A DNA stretch of 64,000 nucleotides from Fimbriosthenelais zetlandica (taxonomy: Eukaryota): contig OZ365110.1 in NCBI GenBank assembly GCA_977030845.1, positions 35,650,001-35,714,000 of the forward strand, in the 5' to 3' direction. The translations under genes were made by a program, and so were the position numbers. The notes under the pieces were generated by a model. The model saw only the letters and a program-made list of their open reading frames with translations, had not been told where the DNA came from and ran no database searches. Positions 58,901 to 64,000 of this stretch are shown piece by piece (the first letter of the stretch is position 1; the number at the start of each line of letters is the position of its first letter).

Positions 58901-61900
58901 AAAACTGAATCTTAATAAGACAAATCCAAAATATGTTCTTTGCATTCTTTTAGTTTGGGTCATAGGCAGGCCCATATTTTCCATATGAAAAGTAAATAAT
59001 TCTAAATGGCTTAACCTCAATTTATGGGGATTGAGGAAAGAATTATATTTCATGGTCTATGAAATTCATGGCCAAAATTGTCTAGAACACATCAGAGTGC
59101 AAGAAAACCTTCCTGTATCAGATTGCGCCCCCCCCCCCCCCAACCCTGCAATCAAAGAAAACTTCCTACGCCATTACCTATATATAGCATGTACATAGAT
59201 GTATACGACATTCCAGAATGATACCCAATTCATGATATTACCTACGTAATACAATTTAGAATAGGAAATATTACCGTTTTTCAGTCGACATAGTATTCAG
59301 ATTGTGGAAAAATTCCTCATTCATTTACATAGGAAGGAACATTAATGTTACAAAATGGAAATGGGATGTCTGCCAAACCTCAGCCTAGCTCATACTCGTA
59401 GTCCACTTGGCATTTAAATTAACCCACTCGGTGATTTGTGAAGTAAGCAATCCCTTAAGTTTGACCTTTGTTTTTTTCCGCTTTCATCCAAAGTATTTAT
59501 AATTTTTAAAAAAACTTCCATTACCTTTTTCTCCAGTGAAGTGGAACGCTTTTTTGAGCTGATTTACATATGTATTTAATTGATACATGTATATCATTTT
59601 ATGAGCGAGGGTGTCATAATTCCCTATTTTGTAGTTCACTTTTTCCACCCTGTGCTCACGTCAATAAGGTCCAAGTCATTCGTGAGACGATGTACACCTT
59701 TTCTACCTTTGGGAATAAACCAAACTTTCTGTTTAGTTTGTGTATTCACGCAAGGGGAGGATAGATTCAGCGTTAAGCAGACCGAACCTAATTAGGAACA
59801 CCCAAAGTGCACTGCCTCGAGTAGTATAGCCATCGTCTCTATTTACGCCATAGTCCATAGTCGCTCTGAAGATTAGTCATAGATGCAATGCATATCTTCT
59901 CATGTGAGATTTCCAATGCTATATTTGAGGCAACGAGTAAAGAATGCATTCGTTGGTTGAAGCACCCAAAGGCATTTAATGGTCCCATATTTTTAAAGCA
60001 ACATTTATTAATTATAATATAATATATAAGATAAAATAAAGACGTCTAGCTAGAGTCTATACATGTACTGTTTATGCACTCAGTCAAACCCAGAAGTTGA
60101 ACGCTAGACGCTATACATTGGATTGCTGGAGCATAATACTGTTGGAACACGTACTTGCTTCCAAAAGTATTAATTTTGTATGGAATATTGAATTTTCATA
60201 GTTTTATTGATTTTGGGTGAATATATATTGGCCGGTACTTGGAAAGGATTGACCTTGGTTTTTTCAAAGATAGGAGAAGAGAAGATAAGCTAAAGAACCA
60301 TTATTTTATGACATATTGGGTCATAGAAAAATTCCTTATCAGAATTCTATGAGTGTTGATAAGTTAAACACTACTCCTGGCTGTTGAGATATCTATGATT
60401 GTAGCTCAATCCCCTCTCGGCCATTGTGACGCTTGGATACTTCATATCAAGGGGCCGGGGGATAGGCCTAAAGTTGTTTCTCTGTCACTGACTTAGCAGA
60501 GGTCACGTGACAATGTCAAAACACTGGAGACAAGTGGGTTCGAGTCAAGATAAACAAAAATATAGATATCACTCACAGGCCATATGAATGCATTAGTTAT
60601 GAAGACGCGACCTCAATATGCCCAACATGTGTACTTGTGGCTTTAAATAACCACAATGATGATTTATTAATAACAGTTATGAATAATTTCTGTTTCTGAC
60701 TTTCATCAACCTATGTATCGGGAATATATAAATTTTAAAAAATTTAAACAATGTATTGAATTGATGGCTTTTGTAGGCGATGAGCTACGACAGAAAATCG
60801 ACACAGAGAGGTGTGAGATAGAGCGCTTACATCAAGAGATAGCCGAGCTACAGGAGATTAGAGATGATCTCTATGATGAAGAGGACTCGGAGGAGGACTC
60901 ATCATCCTCCAGCGAGGACGAAGACGAACTCCAAGACAATTTACAAAAACTCATCCGGGAAAATCAAGAACTTCAGGTGGGGATGATTTTCATGTTTTGA
61001 TTTCTACCATTCATCGTTGGTGTTCTTTTGGAAATAAAATATAAATGGGCAGGTCACTGGTAAAAATTGAATTAAATTTGTTATAAAAAATGTCGTATTT
61101 AGGGCCTGTATCTATTTCAAAAATATAGAAATGATTATATATAATATATATTATATAAAGAATAAAATTATAGGGAATCGCCTATCTAATCGTAGCTATA
61201 GGCACTCATTTAATATCAATACCGGTACAGTATTACATTTACATTTACTTACCCCAGCATAAAACATTTCGATTTCGAAGTTTTTTAAAAGTTTAGCTTC
61301 ATCAATTATGTAGATCCACGCCTTCAAACCTTGATGTCACAACAATAATATGCATCACTACCGTGCAACAAAAAAATGAATGGTTTTGGCCACTGTTTTG
61401 TTGTGCTGTTTTGTGTCACTAAGGGGCTGGGCACATATACAACCTAGCTACCCACTGACATAAAAGACTACCGATAATCTATTGGGTCATGTCATCTATA
61501 AAAATAGGTTTGGTGTATAATACCTAATAAGACTGCCCTTAATAGGTTTAGACTGGTTATAGACCTGTCTCATATGTTTGATATATTGCCTTGTGAACGA
61601 TGCCTTGTCAGTTTTGGTCGCCCCTTTCGACCTGACAATATCACTCGGTAAATTCCCTAGCTAATGTCATTAGTATATAATATATATTATCATTATAATA
61701 GCATCATTCATGAAAAATACATCCTGTAATCTGCCTCTTCTGTAAATATGGAGCACAAAAGCAATTTGTCTTTTCTACGTTACTGTTGTGGTACTTTTAT
61801 TTCAAGTCCCTGACTGGCTTTTAGTCGCGTATATTCACAGTTCTCATTGAAAGTGGTAATACGTAGAAGTTGTCTTCTTTCTTTTTTTTAATTTCTAACA

Positions 61901-62210
61901 ATGAACGTTTTGTTGTATTTTATGAGGGCACTGCTTTTAATGCTTTATTTTTCATTTTAAAAAGGCTTGAAAAGGTTTTGGCTGATCGTGTTGTAAATCA
62001 ATTTGATTATGATTATCTTTAATTTATGCCTTTTTGCTATTTTTCAATTGACAGATTCAGAACGCTGATCTTTGTGAGAAGGTCCACCAGGAGCGTCAAA
62101 TATGCCTGGATGTGAAGGTACAGATTCGACTCATTCAGCTTGGTCAGGCTGAAGCTGCGCGACAAGCAGGAGGTCAGCCAGAAATTGAACGTGAACTTAT
62201 GATCTTCTGA
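22920..62210 (+). CDS. RALBP1: RalA-binding protein 1 (RLIP76; RhoGAP + Ral-binding domain), ~882 aa. Coding exons: 22920-22992, 24068-24203, 46658-46739, 50868-51009, 51358-51474, 51754-51957, 52506-52624, 53145-53275, 53685-53886, 54272-55184, 56094-56267, 60777-60976, 62055-62210
   Basis: N-terminal EKEFPGLYAS; KKRDRKDKGYRMFEEEDS; SPSKMKK; RhoGAP KPIFGVSL..AVERS...LPAIFRECIDYVEEFGLSCEGIYRISGVKSKV...VASLLKQYLRELPE...NKMSLQNVSIVLSPTMQISHRVL; Ral-binding EEELHKQESLLNQLH...EEQLWEVQRVVTQLKRKL; C-terminal coiled coil. All 12 junctions are GT-AG and phase-consistent. Confidence 0.96.
27863..27898 (+). repeat. (CCT)n microsatellite
   Basis: Direct reading. Confidence 0.85.
29843..30072 (+). mobile_element. 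TA-flanked MITE family D (~230 bp, ~42-bp TIR)
   Basis: TAGCCTGAACCCACTGAGCTACGATCTCCCTACAATCTGCTT vs AAGCAGATCGTAGGGAGATCGTAGCTCAGTGGGTTCAGGCTA (one mismatch); second copy at 53351. Confidence 0.85.
32221..32464 (+). mobile_element. MITE family E (CAGGGTTCC TIR, hAT-like termini)
   Basis: CAGGGTTCCCAG...CTGCTAGGAACCCTG; homologous copy at 45454; no intact 8-bp TSD seen. Confidence 0.7.
32992..33085 (-). mobile_element. 3' tail of an L2-clade LINE or L2-partnered SINE
   Basis: Minus strand reads TGTTAAGCGCCTTTGAG...GAAAAGGTCGCTATATAAAT...(TAA)n, the typical L2-type tail pattern. Confidence 0.5.
34791..34954. mobile_element. Small TIR element (TTA|GGCCAC...AGCC|TAA; possibly Zator-like)
   Basis: GGTTAGGC / GCCTAACC termini, internal GGACCCGCCGAC / GGATCCGCCGAC repeats, TWA-like flanks. 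Superfamily call tentative. Confidence 0.45.
36454..36810 (+). mobile_element. MITE family A (~350 bp; TIR TATGTGACGTGTTTTCACTAAATGAGTCTAAAGTCGCA)
   Basis: Long terminal inverted repeats, no ORF, five homologous copies in the window. Confidence 0.8.
37010..37150 (+). repeat. CT-rich low-complexity tract
   Basis: Degenerate (CT)n/(CCCT)n. Confidence 0.8.
37493..37697 (-). mobile_element. MITE family A, internally deleted copy in reverse orientation
   Basis: Left end is the reverse complement of the right end of the 39350 copy; both TIRs retained. Confidence 0.8.
39350..39691 (+). mobile_element. MITE family A, full-length copy
   Basis: TATGTGATGTGTTTTCACTAAATGAGTCTAAAGTCGCA...TGCGACTTTGGACTCATTTAGTGAAAACACGTCACATA. 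Confidence 0.85.
42410..42545. promoter_or_regulatory. Intronic promoter-like CpG island with RFX X-box, CRE and ETS motifs
   Basis: GTCGCTATGGTAAC at 42413-42426 fits GTYNCYATRGNAAC. TGACGTCT at 42490-42497, palindromic TGACGTCA at 42511-42518, TTCCGGT at 42531-42537. Locally dense CpG in AT-rich DNA. Confidence 0.65.
43552..43889 (-). mobile_element. MITE family B, reverse-oriented copy
   Basis: Reverse complement of the 44406-44800 copy; ends ...ATACTTAGCGCTAGCCCAG. Confidence 0.8.
44406..44800 (+). mobile_element. MITE family B, full copy with perfect 15-bp TIR
   Basis: CTGGGCTAGTGCTAA ... TTAGCACTAGCCCAG. Confidence 0.85.
45454..45670 (+). mobile_element. MITE family E, second copy
   Basis: CAGGGTTCCCAG...CAGGGAATTCTGTTTTCATGAACTGCTGGGAACACTG. 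Confidence 0.7.
46156..46361. mobile_element. Single TIR element (~200 bp)
   Basis: AGCCTGCAACACATTAATCCGATTCTC vs GAGAATCGGATTAGTGTGCTCCAGGCT inverted arms. Confidence 0.6.
48561..49072 (+). repeat. Direct duplication of a ~185-bp unit (48561-48740, 48888-49072)
   Basis: Both copies read ACTGTCCAGT.AATATATT...GCATTCAGTAAAAATGGCT...ATGATTCAATAAAAA...GTAGACTTGAA.AAGTTTAGTA...ATGGTCAGT. Confidence 0.85.
49392..50398. repeat. Long inverted repeat (foldback): arms ~49392-49806 and ~49996-50398
   Basis: Collinear reverse-complement matches, e.g. GAGAGTGGTGCACATTCAAAC / GTTTGAATGTGCACCACTCTC; AATGGGATATAATCGAGCACTAATTAA / TTAATTAGTGCTCGATTATATCCCATT; TTTTGCTTGTTTACCAACACTATAA / TTATAGTGTTGGTAAACAAGCAAAA. 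Confidence 0.9.
51541..51640 (+). mobile_element. MITE family F, truncated copy
   Basis: TACCGTATTTGCCGGAGTATAAACCGCACC...CTCAGGTTAAAATCC matches the 53947 copy. Confidence 0.6.
52696..53019 (+). mobile_element. MITE family A, left-truncated copy
   Basis: AGTCTAAAGTCGCACAGGGCCATTCAGC start and GACTCATTTAGTGAAAATACGTCACAT end match the other copies. Confidence 0.8.
53351..53610 (+). mobile_element. MITE family D, copy with ~50-bp insertion in the left TIR
   Basis: Internal sequence and right TIR match the 29843 copy; the left TIR is interrupted by a TTAA-bounded segment. Confidence 0.75.
53947..54098 (+). mobile_element. MITE family F (TACCGTATTTGC TIR, TA-flanked, pogo/Tc1-like termini)
   Basis: TACCGTATTTGCTGGTG ... 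CACCGGCAAATACTGTA; a left-half copy lies at 51541-51640. Confidence 0.7.
55331..55473. other. Assembly gap (143 N)
   Basis: Run of N. The flanking RALBP1 exons are phase 1/1, so no missing exon is required. Confidence 0.99.
55474..55562 (+). repeat. (TTCA)n microsatellite adjoining the assembly gap
   Basis: Direct reading. Confidence 0.85.
56381..56485 (+). repeat. Degenerate (GTTACA)n tandem repeat
   Basis: About 15 imperfect hexamer units. Confidence 0.85.
58444..58513. repeat. Near-perfect 70-bp palindrome
   Basis: ACAAAAGGGAGGCG-aaatatc-AATTATGAGTGTCATAA-t-TTATGACACTCATAATT-CGCCTCCCTTTTGT. Confidence 0.9.
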
Positions 62211-62659
62211 GCTTTCTTACTATAAATACTATGACTATATATACAGACACTGTTCATTTAAGATATACATTAAGCCCTATTTTCATTGGCTAACCGCCTG
62301 GTTGTACATAGAAAGCTGAAAGGATCTTTAAAAGTAAGGCAAAGTTAAAACTTAACATGTCAGATTTCGACAAGGTCGTAAGTTATCTTTTTTTTATTTC
62401 ATAGATCGTGAATCAGCAATATTATTATAGCTGGCGTCTGTTAATATTATCAATGCATGGAATGGACAAGCATTTATAATACCAACTATAAGATTTTCAC
62501 CTTCATAAATGACCTTGTACATTCTGTTTCGCATAAAGAATGTAAGTTTTTTATAGTTTTTTTCTGGAATGTAGATGAGTTATTTAATTCAGGTCCTGCC
62601 CGAGTCATAAATAGTAGTTTAGAAGCCCAGAGGTTCAGAGGTTAAGACGAGATCCTCTA

Positions 62660-62665
62660 AATAAA
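62660..62665 (+). terminator. Candidate RALBP1 polyadenylation signal (AATAAA)
   Basis: AATAAA ~450 nt after the stop; the 3'UTR could be longer. Confidence 0.35.
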
Positions 62666-64000
62666 ACAGTAGACTCTTTAGTTCAATTCCTACACTCTCA
62701 AATAACACTGTTTTGAAAGGTTCAAATTCAAGTTCAAACTTTAATTATTTTAAACTGGAGACTTTCGTAATGGTACGCCTAAAATGAAAGGAAACATTTT
62801 TGCATTATTTTAGTAAATCATGATATCGGAATTTACTACTTTTGTGATTTGACTTAGTTGACCTTTAAATCATTTTTTAAAAGTGTTGGTAGGAAAACAT
62901 TTCGGAAACATATATCCCTTTCGGTATGTGTCATCTTTTTCACAGATTAGCAGGATCAAGAGGCTCTATGACAAACCTGTTATAACTGGTTTATCATCAT
63001 ACATTGTATCATTGATATGAACTTATCATATATCATCCCGATTAACATGGACCTATTAAACATATCCATATAGGAGTAAGATCTAATCAGGCCTGGGCCA
63101 CGTTACTCAGATGGTGCTAAATACTCTTTTTGGAAAAGCTCTGAGTTTAATATGAAAGAAATATCTTGTTTGACAGTCCTATTAGTAGATATTAATCAGT
63201 TAGAAATTAATTCTAGTTAAGTGGAATCAAGACTATCTTTAATCAAAATTATATATTAACTGCTGTCATTGGAGTACCTTAAACTATTTAATGTACCGTA
63301 TATAATTATATAATGTTCTTAAATGTATACCGTAGTCACTTTCTGAATAGCTATAAGAACTTTGCGTTGGGAATTTTGTAAGAACCATAAATGAAAATCT
63401 TGTTGGATGTAAAAGTTCGCATCGGGATTTTGGCTAAATACCAAGGAAAGGTGCGTAGGTACTCTTTCTCATTTCTCAATTCTATGATCTTCAATATGAT
63501 TCAACTACGTGTTAATATTACCCTAATAACTTCGTTTCCTTTGACTTAATACAAAGAATGTACATTAAATTTTGTGATTTCAACCGGGATGCTAATGAAT
63601 TGATATCTGCGAAGAGTGAACTCAAGCAATTTCCATGTATCACTTATCTTGGGACAAATATTTATTAACCCCGGTCCTCTTTCATGTAATCAGTCAGATT
63701 TATACATTCCTTTCTGCATAAGTAAATTCACAAGATTATGTACGCCGATGGAACGTTTAGCAGTCACTGGTATTAATGTTGCTCCGAAAAACAAGAATGC
63801 CTTGCTACATTTTGTTCCTTGATGGAATTGAAGTATAACATTTGTAATTAAATACGAAATCTCGAGATATGGGAAAATATGAAGCCCTAGGTTCACTGTA
63901 TATTATAGGGGTTAATTATGTGTTTATTTTTAATACTCACAAAATAGTAAAAGGACATTCATGTTGAGATAAAGTCACTCTGCTCTTTATATGTCAATAA

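Overview
AT-rich, intron-containing genomic DNA from a bilaterian invertebrate; the species cannot be determined from the sequence. Four spliced protein-coding genes form two head-to-head pairs. BUB3 (-) runs off the left edge and is divergent from RAMAC/FAM103A1 (+). CEP152/asterless (-, 27 coding exons, ~2269 aa) is divergent from RALBP1/RLIP76 (+, 13 coding exons, ~882 aa). RAMAC and CEP152 meet tail-to-tail. I rebuilt all exon chains by hand; splice sites are GT-AG and phases are consistent. Introns carry at least eight small TIR (MITE-like) families, hairpins, microsatellites and one 143-N gap. The least explained part is the 22.4-kb RALBP1 intron (24204-46657). It holds a promoter-like island with a consensus RFX X-box, CRE and ETS motifs (~42410-42545), several ATG-initiated mini-exon candidates phase-compatible with the next RALBP1 exon, and some antisense exon-like segments. 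Other items worth checking: an upstream ATG in RALBP1 that could be a uORF or an alternative start, an in-frame ~250-codon extension of a CEP152 exon, and a ~1-kb foldback. No tRNA, rRNA, CRISPR array or intact autonomous transposon was recognised. All alignments and counts were done by eye, with no database search.
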